64,000 nt of DNA from a virus (taxonomy: Duplodnaviria; Heunggongvirae; Uroviricota; Caudoviricetes): the IMG/VR virus record IMGVR_UViG_3300034095_001584; one strand, 5' to 3'. This document shows positions 47,332-57,374 of this stretch, piece after piece; position 1 is the first letter of the stretch, and the number at the start of each line of letters is the position of its first letter. The notes beneath the pieces are model-generated. The model was given only the letters and a program-made list of their open reading frames with translations, was not told the origin of the DNA and did no database searches. A program made the position numbers and the translations under genes.

Positions 47332-48348
47332 TTAGACTTCTACAATTCTCTTTGCAATGTCAGCAATAGCTTTTTGTTGTTTAGGGAATATTTCAGTTGG
47401 AAAGATTTTATCTACCCAAGTTCTAAATATTTCTTTGTTTCTGAATTTTTCTGGTAATACATTCAAGTCATCAAAGTGATATTCACTGTTATGTTTAATC
47501 ATACCAATATTTTCACCGTCACCTTGTACTTTGAATCCTTGCAACATTGCATTAGCAATAAATTCAACACAAGCTGGTTGATATTTTTCAACTGGTTCTC
47601 TATTTTGTTTACCCTTGATTTGTTGAATAGTCTTTCTGTTATCATCTGCTTCAATAGTCACATGAGATCTATCTCTGTTATCCCATAGTGAATAAATGTC
47701 TTTGTTTTCATAACCTTCACCACCTACACAATGTCCCATTACATCACCTTCAACATCTTTTGCTTTTGGTGTAAGTAGTTTTACCCACTTTAATCCAGAA
47801 ATTTCCTTGATAATCTTATAATCAGTACCTTTGGTAAGTGTTTTCTTTAAAGTATCTTCCTTCTTGGTATCATTTGATGTTGATGCCAATTCTCTGTCCC
47901 ATTCTTGTACCTTTTGTTTGATGACTCTATATGGTTCTTTGTAGATTTTTCTCAAGTCATTTGCGTCAAGTGTAGCAAAATAGTCTACTGTGTGACTGAT
48001 TTCATCAACTACATCTTCTGGCAAGTCACCACTAAAGTCCATGATGTCAGGCTTATTCATCCATTCTGGTTCACCTTCACTATATTTATGTGGTGTGATA
48101 GATGATTGCAAGTCAACTTCATCTTCTTTGATGGCTTTTACATATTGTTTTAAGAACCAATCTCTTACTTTATTGGTTTCACTACCAGCAAATTGTGGAA
48201 TGTCTTTGTTGTCCAATACTTTGTTTATGGCAGTTAGTAATTCTGAAAAATTTGTTAGATTGGCTTCTGTCAATAGTTGTTTCATATGTTTATAAATATT
48301 AGTTTGAATTTTATTATTATACTGAAATGACAATTTCTTCTGCTTCAC
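47332..48348 (-). CDS. hypothetical protein
   Basis: 338-aa ORF. Confidence 0.5.
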   Translation of the reverse strand: MKQKKLSFQYNNKIQTNIYKHMKQLLTEANLTNFSELLTAINKVLDNKDIPQFAGSETNKVRDWFLKQYVKAIKEDEVDLQSSITPHKYSEGEPEWMNKPDIMDFSGDLPEDVVDEISHTVDYFATLDANDLRKIYKEPYRVIKQKVQEWDRELASTSNDTKKEDTLKKTLTKGTDYKIIKEISGLKWVKLLTPKAKDVEGDVMGHCVGGEGYENKDIYSLWDNRDRSHVTIEADDNRKTIQQIKGKQNREPVEKYQPACVEFIANAMLQGFKVQGDGENIGMIKHNSEYHFDDLNVLPEKFRNKEIFRTWVDKIFPTEIFPKQQKAIADIAKRIVEV

Positions 48349-48997
48349 ACACTCTTGCTACATCTCTTCTTGTAAGTTCTCTGTCTTTCATAAAATTATT
48401 AATAAGCACTCTTTTTGCATATTTTGGAAATCCTTCCAATGATAGTATTGGATTATGATAACATTGAAAATCTCCAAGTACAACTTCAGGAGCACCAATA
48501 AAATTTTCTAATTGGTTGAATCCTATTTTTAGTTCCCTACATTGTTTTGGCATTCCAACCAAAGATTTTAGTGTATTAAATTCAAGATGATATGTACCAT
48601 GGATATTTTGATTACAATATTCCATTGTTTGCAATGGTGTACCCATAATTTTTAAAGTTATTAGATGATGTGCAAGACCCTTTAGACTTTTTAAATTGTT
48701 ATTACCAATTATCTCTAATTTATTAATGTGTGACGGACATCCTTCCAAATCACTAAATTTACTAGCATGGATAGATAATGTTGATACTGCGGTTTGTTTT
48801 ATACCTTTTAAACTAACCAATGGATTTGAACCAAATTGTATATTTCCCGTAACAAGTTCTGGAAAATTTTCTAATGTAGTGAGACGATTATCATTCAAAA
48901 ATAAATTGCCTTCAATTGTTAAATCTTTAAATATTTCAGGCAACTTCTTTAAATGAAGACCTGCTAATGTTACATCTCCTTTTATATATTTTCCCAT
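48317..48997 (-). CDS. LRR-type repeat protein, paralog 1 of 4
   Basis: ~21-23-aa repeats of NxL(T/K)SLxGxP type. Confidence 0.6.
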   Translation of the reverse strand: MGKYIKGDVTLAGLHLKKLPEIFKDLTIEGNLFLNDNRLTTLENFPELVTGNIQFGSNPLVSLKGIKQTAVSTLSIHASKFSDLEGCPSHINKLEIIGNNNLKSLKGLAHHLITLKIMGTPLQTMEYCNQNIHGTYHLEFNTLKSLVGMPKQCRELKIGFNQLENFIGAPEVVLGDFQCYHNPILSLEGFPKYAKRVLINNFMKDRELTRRDVARVCEAEEIVISV

Positions 48998-49008
48998 ATT
49001 ATTAATTG

Positions 49009-49743
49009 TTAAATTTGTATATTTCTTGGGTCAGAAAGTCGTACTGCACCAGATATTCTGCATCTTTTGCGGAGTTCTCTTTCAAAGTAACTACGTTGCA
49101 TCATTAATTGATTGTTAAATATAGGTGAAAGTGTCATGATACAATCACCGTCAATTACTGTAGGAAATCCGTCTAAATCCTCTAAGTTATTGTATTTACA
49201 CCGAAAATTGCCAGTAATATGTGTAGGACATCCAATCAATGTTTTTAACCTATTATTATTAATATTTAAATGATGACACTTTGTTGGCATACCAAGCAAT
49301 GAAGTAATTTTATTATCTCCTAAATTTATAAGAACTCCTTGTTCTGTACTAGGGAAATTATCTAAAGATGATAATGAACACTCTTGTATAATCAAATGAC
49401 CATTTGTATTAATTTTCTTTAAATTGCCTTTTAAACTATTAAATTCATCCACATATTTTATAGTCAATGATGTTACTATTTCTGGACATCCTTCTAAGTT
49501 TTTAATCTTTGTGTTACTAACATCAAGATAAGCTGCTTTTTTTTGTTTAATTCCAACTAAACTTGCAATTGGATTATTACTTAAATAAATTGTATTACAA
49601 CTAACAGGAAAATTATTTAGATTTTTTATACTATTACCATCAATATTAAACCGTCCATCTTCAATTACCACATCATTTAATATTGACGGTATTTCTCTCA
49701 AATAAAGATTGTTTAAATTTACATCTCCAGTTATTTTTTTCAT
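49009..49743 (-). CDS. LRR-type repeat protein, paralog 2 of 4
   Basis: same repeat family; shared N-terminal GDVNLxxLxLREIP. Confidence 0.6.
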   Translation of the reverse strand: MKKITGDVNLNNLYLREIPSILNDVVIEDGRFNIDGNSIKNLNNFPVSCNTIYLSNNPIASLVGIKQKKAAYLDVSNTKIKNLEGCPEIVTSLTIKYVDEFNSLKGNLKKINTNGHLIIQECSLSSLDNFPSTEQGVLINLGDNKITSLLGMPTKCHHLNINNNRLKTLIGCPTHITGNFRCKYNNLEDLDGFPTVIDGDCIMTLSPIFNNQLMMQRSYFERELRKRCRISGAVRLSDPRNIQI

Positions 49744-49747
49744 AATG

Positions 49748-50473
49748 TTATATTGTAGCTATACCACCAATAATGTTGCTGATGGATCTAATTTCCTTAA
49801 ATATGTTTCCGTCAGTAAGACCAGGAAATATTCTACGCATATCAATCATACCGATATACAATTTACCTTCAATTACATGCGGTAATCCTTCAATTGATCT
49901 TAAACTTCGTAAACTTGTTGCATAAAAATTTCTTCCAACAAATTTAGGACCACCCACAAAGTTTTCAATTGGATTAGCATCACATTCATAATTTGCATTC
50001 ACTCTATATGGACTACCTGCCAATGATGTTAATTTATTTGAGGTTACATCAAATGAACTAAATTCAATTGACTCAAATCCATATCCAATCAAACTTGTAA
50101 TTTTATTATCAGTTACCTTTAATGATCTATTAGATTTTAGTGTTGGAAGACCTTGTAATGATGTCAATTGATTAGATGATACATCTACACCTCCTCCAAT
50201 AATTTTTGCAATACCATCCAATGATGTTATTTTATTAAAATTACAATAATAACTTCCTTGAACTTCTTGTGGACCATCTCTTAATGATGTTAAGTTGTTA
50301 TGACTACAATCAAAATTGCCTTTTACAAATGACGGACAATTTTTTAATGAGGCAAGTTTATTATTAGATATATCATATGAACCATGACACGCATACATTG
50401 CAATATTATCTGGTATTTCTCTTAGAAACATATCATCCAACTCTACATTGTCATAAAAATGTTTGCGTCTCAT
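49748..50473 (-). CDS. LRR-type repeat protein, paralog 3 of 4
   Basis: SHNNLTSLRDGPQEVQGSYYC / NFNKITSLDGIAK... periodic repeats. Confidence 0.65.
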   Translation of the reverse strand: MRRKHFYDNVELDDMFLREIPDNIAMYACHGSYDISNNKLASLKNCPSFVKGNFDCSHNNLTSLRDGPQEVQGSYYCNFNKITSLDGIAKIIGGGVDVSSNQLTSLQGLPTLKSNRSLKVTDNKITSLIGYGFESIEFSSFDVTSNKLTSLAGSPYRVNANYECDANPIENFVGGPKFVGRNFYATSLRSLRSIEGLPHVIEGKLYIGMIDMRRIFPGLTDGNIFKEIRSISNIIGGIATI

Positions 50474-51237
50474 ACTCTACGAAATCCTCCAAAATCATCT
50501 GGTTCATAATCATCCATTTCTATTTCTGGATTTTCTTCTTCAATGTCATCTGCAGTTTTGTATATACCCCCTCCAATGTCACATATACTGTGTATTTTAT
50601 TTATTAATTCCTGAGATTTTTTCTTTGTTTCTGGAGTGTTTCTAGTTGGAAATAATATACTACCAAGTGGTGTATTGCCTAGAAAAATGTTGCCACCAAC
50701 TTCTTTTGGAAATCCTTCCAAGGAATTTATTTCTGTATCATACAACAACAAATCATCATATATTACAGTTGGACCACCAATCATATTGGTAATTGGTAAC
50801 CACAATGCTTCAAAACTGCCATGAATAATTTTAGGACACCCCTGCAATGTTTTAAGACCTGGATTATTGTATATAACTAACTCTGACAATTCTTGAGGTA
50901 AACCAACCAATGAAGTCAATTTGTTACCACTAACATCTACACGACCACCTAAAAAATTGCCAGATTTAACTATCTTTGGAAATCCTTCTAAACTTGTTAG
51001 ATTACAATTATGTACATCAATAGCACCTACTTCTTCTGGTCCACCAACCAATGAACGCAAACTTCTATTATTAGCCACATTTAAATGGCGTATAATTTTT
51101 TTAGGACAATTTTTAAGACTGCGCAAATTGTTACTATATAAACTTAATGATCCTTCAATTGAAACATCCTTTAGAATTTCCGGTATTTCTCTTAAATTTA
51201 AACCTTCTAAGTTTACATCTCCTTTAATGACTTTCAT
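50470..51237 (-). CDS. LRR-type repeat protein, paralog 4 of 4, with acidic C-terminal tail
   Basis: MKVIKGDVNLEGLNLREIP...; repeats LTSLEGFPK, LTSLVGLPQ. Confidence 0.65.
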   Translation of the reverse strand: MKVIKGDVNLEGLNLREIPEILKDVSIEGSLSLYSNNLRSLKNCPKKIIRHLNVANNRSLRSLVGGPEEVGAIDVHNCNLTSLEGFPKIVKSGNFLGGRVDVSGNKLTSLVGLPQELSELVIYNNPGLKTLQGCPKIIHGSFEALWLPITNMIGGPTVIYDDLLLYDTEINSLEGFPKEVGGNIFLGNTPLGSILFPTRNTPETKKKSQELINKIHSICDIGGGIYKTADDIEEENPEIEMDDYEPDDFGGFRRV

Positions 51238-51249
51238 GTAGTATAAATA

Positions 51250-51549
51250 TTATACTATTTGTCTTTCCATCAATGAATTATACCACTTCCTACCGTCTGT
51301 ACTTAATCTACCGTCCCATTTCAAATAATACATTCGTTGAAGTTCTTTAACCATTGCGGTTGCATGACCTCTTCTACGGTGTTCATAATGTATATTAATG
51401 AATTCAATATAAACCGTTTCAAACTCTAACAACGGTTTATAATACTTACAATATCCCAACGGTGTTCCATAATCATCTATAATATTACAACTAAATACAT
51501 CTCTTTGATCCTCAGACTCATAACCTAAGTATTGATGATTAAATTTCAT
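51250..51549 (-). CDS. GNAT-family N-acetyltransferase
   Basis: HRRRGHATAMVKEL (R/QxxGxA acetyl-CoA motif); 99 aa. Confidence 0.6.
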   Translation of the reverse strand: MKFNHQYLGYESEDQRDVFSCNIIDDYGTPLGYCKYYKPLLEFETVYIEFINIHYEHRRRGHATAMVKELQRMYYLKWDGRLSTDGRKWYNSLMERQIV

Positions 51550-51557
51550 TCAGTATT

Positions 51558-52889
51558 TTAATCTACATCCTGCGTACTTTCTTCAGCTTGTTGTACCAAA
51601 TCCTTCATATGGGACTGAGCTTTCATTCCTCCTAACAGTATCTCCTTGATTGTTTCAATTGGCAACTTATAAAATAGTTTTTTAATTATAGGTAAGTATT
51701 CAAGTTTATCTGTTGGCACCAATTTTCTCAATTTCATTTCCAATGCTGGACCTGCCATGATTTGTTTGATTTCATCATCCATGGTTTCAGTGTCCAATTC
51801 TTCTTGAGAAGCAACGTCCATACTGATATAATCACCAATTCCTTTAACCAATTCATGTACTAGATAAGGAAAGGTCATTGCTCTGGCTTTGATTGTATAT
51901 TTGTCACCAGTTGGAACTACTTGTTCACTACCTACCGCAGCCATATTTACAATGTCACTGGTAATTGGAAAGTCTGGTGTCAAATAATATCCAATTTGTG
52001 TAATTGCGGATAATACACCATATTTTTTTGATAGATTTGGACTAAGTGCATCTAGTTTATCAGAAACTATGTTAAACAAGAATAGTTTGTTTACCGCATC
52101 ACCTTGTGTCATGTAGTTTGCCAAGGTTCTTCTTAACTTACCGTCAGTATCACCACTCAACATAGTGTTTAGTTGCATATTAAGATTTTCTGCAACTGTT
52201 AGACCATTATCCATTTCTTCATCCATTTTGTCAGCGGTAACTGCACCAGTCAAATCTGCATTACCCAACTTAGCATCAATGATAATATCTCCTTCTTCTA
52301 CCAATTTTTTAATAAACTTGTTTTCTTCCAAGTCTAATACTACATCTACTGCAATTTTTTCCAATTGTTTCTTTAAATTAGATTCTGCTTTTTTAATGTC
52401 AGTCAAAGCTTTAAATGCCAACATAATCATTGTTGGATAGTTAGGAAACTTAGATTGAATTTCATTTACATTAACACCCAGATAATATGCAACTCTTTTT
52501 ATATTTTGTTGATAACTTTCACTGGTAATAATTTCTAAGTATCTATCTGCATCTGGACCTAAATCTGGTAATATTTGTTCAACATAGTCCTTTTCATTTT
52601 CAATCTTGGCTCTTTTGCTTGGATCAATGAAATCAGGCATTTCACCAGTATCAATTGCTTCTGATACTCCTTTTCTTTGATTCAAAAATGCTTGTACATC
52701 ATGACTCAAAGCCTTTGGTCTTGGTGCAATACCAGGTCTAGTTGGTCTTAATGGATTAGGTCTTGTAGTTGGTTTAGTAGGTGCAGGAGGAGCAGTTGGT
52801 TTAGTTGGTGGTTCAATTGTAGGAGCTGGTGCTTCTGCCAATACTTCTTTGATTAGTTTTACCAAACTACTTTTTAAATTTTTAGCCAT
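51558..52889 (-). CDS. protein with propeptide-like N-terminus (LVKLIKEVLAEAP) and Pro-rich linker
   Basis: PTKPTAPPAPTKPTTRPNPLRPTRPGIAPRP; 443 aa. Confidence 0.55.
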   Translation of the reverse strand: MAKNLKSSLVKLIKEVLAEAPAPTIEPPTKPTAPPAPTKPTTRPNPLRPTRPGIAPRPKALSHDVQAFLNQRKGVSEAIDTGEMPDFIDPSKRAKIENEKDYVEQILPDLGPDADRYLEIITSESYQQNIKRVAYYLGVNVNEIQSKFPNYPTMIMLAFKALTDIKKAESNLKKQLEKIAVDVVLDLEENKFIKKLVEEGDIIIDAKLGNADLTGAVTADKMDEEMDNGLTVAENLNMQLNTMLSGDTDGKLRRTLANYMTQGDAVNKLFLFNIVSDKLDALSPNLSKKYGVLSAITQIGYYLTPDFPITSDIVNMAAVGSEQVVPTGDKYTIKARAMTFPYLVHELVKGIGDYISMDVASQEELDTETMDDEIKQIMAGPALEMKLRKLVPTDKLEYLPIIKKLFYKLPIETIKEILLGGMKAQSHMKDLVQQAEESTQDVD

Positions 52890-52922
52890 ATCTGTATAAA
52901 TATTTGATCCACACAGAAAAAT

Positions 52923-53339
52923 TTAAAATATATCAGTATCATCTACACTCACCACAAGTAATTGTAATCCTAATGAACGTGATTCACCTTGTACTTGATG
53001 TTCATTTTCACACAAACAATTCAATACTGACACTGTTTTTAGTCTTTCCAGTACAATATTAATAGGAACATGCGGTAATATATCAAATTTAAGCGTATTA
53101 TTAATTATAAGATTGTTGTTTATAGGACTTAATATACGTAAATTGACTTTATTAACGTTGTTGATACTCATACCAAACCATTTGTGTGTCCATATCCACT
53201 TTTTAAATGGTTCACCGTATTCAATATCATGCAGACCAAAACCAAAGTCTGCATATTTACTGTTACCTTCAAAGTCTTTGCTTACGTATTGTAATCTCAT
53301 ATTATTTACTAATGTAATACTTTTCCAGAATAACACCAT
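52923..53339 (-). CDS. hypothetical protein
   Basis: 138-aa ORF overlapping next gene start by 38 nt; true start may be internal. Confidence 0.4.
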   Translation of the reverse strand: MVLFWKSITLVNNMRLQYVSKDFEGNSKYADFGFGLHDIEYGEPFKKWIWTHKWFGMSINNVNKVNLRILSPINNNLIINNTLKFDILPHVPINIVLERLKTVSVLNCLCENEHQVQGESRSLGLQLLVVSVDDTDIF

Positions 53340-54948
53340 CTAATTGTGTACTATCTAAATTCTGCAAAGCAGCTTGATAGTGCGTCAATATAGACTTACC
53401 TCTTACATTAAAAGAAGTGTTAACCAATATTGGATATCCACTTAATTTTTCAAATTCTCTCAAAATCTCATATAAATATGGATTTTGTTCTGATTTTAAT
53501 GTTTGCAATCTGGAGCTACCATCCACATGAGTAATTGCAGGTAACATCTTTCTATATTCCTCTCTAACTTTAGGACTGTAAGACATATAACTGTAATTAA
53601 CATTGTTAGATGTTTCAAAATACTTATGCGCATCTTCTTCACAACAAACAGGAGCAAATGGTCTAAACCATTCTCTGAATTTTACTTTCTTGTTTATATC
53701 ATCTTTAATGTTAAAGAGGCCAGGATGAGCAAGTATTGATCTATTTCCTAATGCTCTTGGTCCTACCTCACTATTACCTTGACACAATCCAATAATTTTA
53801 CCGTTGAATAGTTCTTTTGCAATTAAACTTGGATCTGCATGTTGCCATGGTCTATAAGTTAGAATGTGTGGTAGTGTTTCTTTATCAAGAATTTGACATC
53901 CACTATACATTGGTTCTTTTATCAATTTCTTTTTAAGATGTAAACACATAATACCGTATGATATTCCACTATCATTTGGACTACATGGCACATAAAAATT
54001 TGTATTTGGATACATCTTTGAAAGTTTATCATTCAAAAGTACATTTAAAGCACCACCCCCGGTCAAACAAACATTTTTATATATAATCGAATTGAAATGT
54101 TTTTTAAACTTCTCAAGAAATAAATTTTCAAATGCAAATTGAATGTTAAATGCTAAGTCATACGCACTTTTTCCATTAAAACTGTTGGTTGACTTACCAT
54201 CGTCAATAATATTGAAAAAAGTAGTATAATCAGGAAAGCTCTTTGTTGTCAAAAACTTATAACACTTATCATACAGTTCTTTGTTATATGATCCATATGC
54301 ACTTAATCCCATTAATTTACCTGCACCAGTCAAAATATTTAATGTTCTATCAGAAGATTTACTAATTTCTTTTATATAAATAGATGCCAAACTATAATTG
54401 GTGGTAAAATCTAAAAAGTCATGATCATTAAGTCTCTTTAAACCATCATTTTTATTAGCTTCATATAAACTATACATTCCATCATTACCACCACCATCAT
54501 AACTTACAACAAATGCGGAATCATATTCACTATCATAAAATGCAGAAGCCGCATGACAATCATGATGGTTATATCTATATACATTAACAATACCAAATTC
54601 TTTTTGTACTCTTGTATAGTAATCTAAACAAATTTCATTTGAACCTGGAGATGGTATAGTAAACAATCCAGTTTTAAATACATCATCAAATCCAAAGTCT
54701 TCAGCAATTTTCTTTACATATTTAAAAAAATAATCTTTTTCTGATTCAGATAACCTACCATATATAAAATATCTTTGACCCCACACTCTTTCTAATTCTA
54801 GAGATAATAGTTTGTTATCGGATGGTCTATAAAAACAAATATTACTATCATGACCATCAATATGAAATGAAATATACTGATCTGTATTGTTACTCATAAA
54901 ATTCAAATTTAAACTCATTATCAAATTGATATTGTATCCATGATTCAA
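53302..54948 (-). CDS. NodU/CmcH-family carbamoyltransferase
   Basis: N-terminal ISFHIDGHDSNICFY...LSLELERV pattern and 548-aa length fit the family. Confidence 0.7.
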   Translation of the reverse strand: MNHGYNINLIMSLNLNFMSNNTDQYISFHIDGHDSNICFYRPSDNKLLSLELERVWGQRYFIYGRLSESEKDYFFKYVKKIAEDFGFDDVFKTGLFTIPSPGSNEICLDYYTRVQKEFGIVNVYRYNHHDCHAASAFYDSEYDSAFVVSYDGGGNDGMYSLYEANKNDGLKRLNDHDFLDFTTNYSLASIYIKEISKSSDRTLNILTGAGKLMGLSAYGSYNKELYDKCYKFLTTKSFPDYTTFFNIIDDGKSTNSFNGKSAYDLAFNIQFAFENLFLEKFKKHFNSIIYKNVCLTGGGALNVLLNDKLSKMYPNTNFYVPCSPNDSGISYGIMCLHLKKKLIKEPMYSGCQILDKETLPHILTYRPWQHADPSLIAKELFNGKIIGLCQGNSEVGPRALGNRSILAHPGLFNIKDDINKKVKFREWFRPFAPVCCEEDAHKYFETSNNVNYSYMSYSPKVREEYRKMLPAITHVDGSSRLQTLKSEQNPYLYEILREFEKLSGYPILVNTSFNVRGKSILTHYQAALQNLDSTQLDGVILEKYYISK

Positions 54949-55234
54949 ATCCGTAATTTGCAGTTATATACATTGTACCTGTTAAAATATCATTCTTTAA
55001 ATAATAATTAACCTTTAAACAAGGTATATTTTCTTTTACTAAAAAATATATACGTGCAGGCCCTTCATGACTACTATATTTTATTGATATAATCTTTGAA
55101 CTATCATCATGACACTTAGCAATCTCATTGTCAACCTTCTTGTGATATGTCCACGTTAACTTTTTAAACTTATTATTATTGATAACTCTATTCATTACAC
55201 AAGAGTTATTGACAATATCACTTGAAACATTCAT
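54890..55234 (-). CDS. hypothetical protein
   Basis: 114-aa ORF. Confidence 0.4.
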   Translation of the reverse strand: MNVSSDIVNNSCVMNRVINNNKFKKLTWTYHKKVDNEIAKCHDDSSKIISIKYSSHEGPARIYFLVKENIPCLKVNYYLKNDILTGTMYITANYGFESWIQYQFDNEFKFEFYE

Positions 55235-55270
55235 ATTATATATAATATATAAAATACTATACTTAACCTT

Positions 55271-55993
55271 TTATTTTAATCCGTCATATGTGTTAATAAC
55301 AGTACGTTTTGTAAGTAGATCCTGATCAAGAATATCAATAGCTTTCTTTTTAGACTTATAAAAAGCATGCGTCAATGTCTTAAGATCCACATCTTCAACA
55401 TCATATCCCATTTTAACATACTTCACCAACCTCTTTAACGTTACACTAGGATAATAGATACTACCCTCATTAAACTTCAATTTGTTACTGTTGATTTCAT
55501 TTAAAACGTTTTCTCCACAAACAACATTAGTACCATCATAAGCAATACGACACACATTAATATCAAATGACTTAAATAGTTCTTCAATATTATCAAAATA
55601 CTTGAATGTTACACACTGAATCTTCCAGTCAACATCCATATACTTAATTGTAAGTGTACAATGCCATTCACTGTATATGGTAGATTCAATCGTATAATTG
55701 GAAAAAAGACTGCTTAAACTCATTGTTGAGACAAATATTTCAAATTGTTCTTTGTTTTTAAAGAACACATCTACATCAGCATTTGTTAATGGTAACTTAC
55801 GATAGGTTCTATGCAAACAACCACCTGCAATCCATGGACCATTTTCAGTACATTTAGGCAATAACTCAATCAAATATTCCAACGGAGAAATATTTGTCAA
55901 ATGACTTAAGAATTTAGTTAAAGGGATTTTTTCTAGTTTCATCGTAGGTACTTGTTGAAGTTCTACAAATTTAACATCAAGATTGATACTCAT
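55271..55993 (-). CDS. minimal nucleotidyltransferase-fold protein (Pol-beta superfamily-like)
   Basis: WIAGGCLHRTYRKLPLTNADVDVFF fits [GS]-x9-13-DxD signature. Confidence 0.4.
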   Translation of the reverse strand: MSINLDVKFVELQQVPTMKLEKIPLTKFLSHLTNISPLEYLIELLPKCTENGPWIAGGCLHRTYRKLPLTNADVDVFFKNKEQFEIFVSTMSLSSLFSNYTIESTIYSEWHCTLTIKYMDVDWKIQCVTFKYFDNIEELFKSFDINVCRIAYDGTNVVCGENVLNEINSNKLKFNEGSIYYPSVTLKRLVKYVKMGYDVEDVDLKTLTHAFYKSKKKAIDILDQDLLTKRTVINTYDGLK

Positions 55994-56213
55994 AAATTTT
56001 CTTTAATACGTTGGGATAACAATTGTCTGGGTAGTCTTTACTATTCTTTCCACTACTATAACTCAAACATACGGTTTCGTCAATCATCGGTTCAAACTTT
56101 CGCTTGGTTTTGTAAAACATATTTACACTATTATGACTGCAAGTTTGATAAAAATCACAACCTACACTCATACACATACCAATGTCATTTGTCTTGATAC
56201 TATACTTTTTCAT
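55977..56213 (-). CDS. hypothetical small Cys-containing protein
   Basis: 78-aa ORF. Confidence 0.35.
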   Translation of the reverse strand: MKKYSIKTNDIGMCMSVGCDFYQTCSHNSVNMFYKTKRKFEPMIDETVCLSYSSGKNSKDYPDNCYPNVLKKIYEYQS

Positions 56214-56251
56214 AAAAATAAGGGAGGTACTGTTACATACCTCCCTTTTAA

Positions 56252-57271
56252 TTAATCATTACTTCCAAGAAGATACGTATTGCTAATAGCCTTGAAACTA
56301 AACTCTCTTTCAAGACCACGTACAACCACACCTTCCCTATCAACTTCCATGTTCAATACACTCTTACCTTCAGCATACTTCAACATATAGTCAACAATAT
56401 TACTTTCATTTGGAATCACAAATCCATACTTCTCAAGCAATGGTACCATTTGCAATTGCAAACCAAACAATACCCACTCAAGTTCATCAAAGAACATACG
56501 GCGACCCTTATCAATGTCATAACCAGTAAAGAAAAACAACTTGTGGTCGCTCAATCCATACAAATTACCATTGATACCAGCACCAATAAGTTCTCCCTGC
56601 AAAGCAATGTTCTTGCCGTGTTTAGTCATCTTTTCCTTCAATTGAAGAACATTAGCCATACGCCATAGACTATTGTCACTAGTCTCACTCAATTCCCAAT
56701 TACGACCACAAACACCAAATACACCATTGTTGAAGTAACAAGTGAAACTAGTACCATCCAACTTTTCAGTCACATAAGCACGTTCACCAATTGGACTAAA
56801 TCCAACTTCACTCTCAAAGTTCTGAATACGAATTTCATCAGTCTTTGGGATAAAACTAGGAAATGTTCCTTTGATCTTACCAGCCAATTGAGCAGGAATA
56901 GGAGGTTCATACTTGACAATATCAAGAGCTTCAGTCAAATCATCACCTTCCCTTGGATTACTAATACCCTCTGGAATTGGAGTCAATAGACCTTGACTAA
57001 TTTGTCCACGCAACCTAATGGTCTTGAGACGAAATCCCTCACTAGAACCCATACGCTTGTAACTACTCTTGCGCAGAAATTCAAATTGAGGACGAATAGG
57101 CAAAAAGCTGTCAATCTCATAATAAACAGCCAAATCCCCCACCTTGTATTCATTAACCTTTACTACAACCTTCCAACCCTTAACGGTAGCCACTACAATA
57201 GCATCAGCACCCGGAATAGGTTGAATGTCAACAATCTTAACAACACTAGCCAATTTACGTTCAGTAGTCAT
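56252..57271 (-). CDS. ATP-dependent RNA ligase (Rnl5/DraRnl-like: N-terminal OB fold plus nucleotidyltransferase)
   Basis: N-terminus KLASVVKIVDIQPIPGADAIVVATVKGWKVVVK...; motif I EKLDGTS. Confidence 0.65.
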   Translation of the reverse strand: MTTERKLASVVKIVDIQPIPGADAIVVATVKGWKVVVKVNEYKVGDLAVYYEIDSFLPIRPQFEFLRKSSYKRMGSSEGFRLKTIRLRGQISQGLLTPIPEGISNPREGDDLTEALDIVKYEPPIPAQLAGKIKGTFPSFIPKTDEIRIQNFESEVGFSPIGERAYVTEKLDGTSFTCYFNNGVFGVCGRNWELSETSDNSLWRMANVLQLKEKMTKHGKNIALQGELIGAGINGNLYGLSDHKLFFFTGYDIDKGRRMFFDELEWVLFGLQLQMVPLLEKYGFVIPNESNIVDYMLKYAEGKSVLNMEVDREGVVVRGLEREFSFKAISNTYLLGSND

Positions 57272-57324
57272 TTACATCCTTTCAATTACTCCTTAACTCT
57301 ACCATGCGATTTAAACAAAGTCAA

Positions 57325-57353
57325 CAAAAAACCCGCCAGATTTCTCTGACGGG
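57325..57353 (-). terminator. rho-independent terminator
   Basis: cccgccag...ctgacggg stem (one G.U), T-run on minus strand. Confidence 0.5.
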
Positions 57354-57374
57354 TTTCTCCACTTTTCCTACCAC

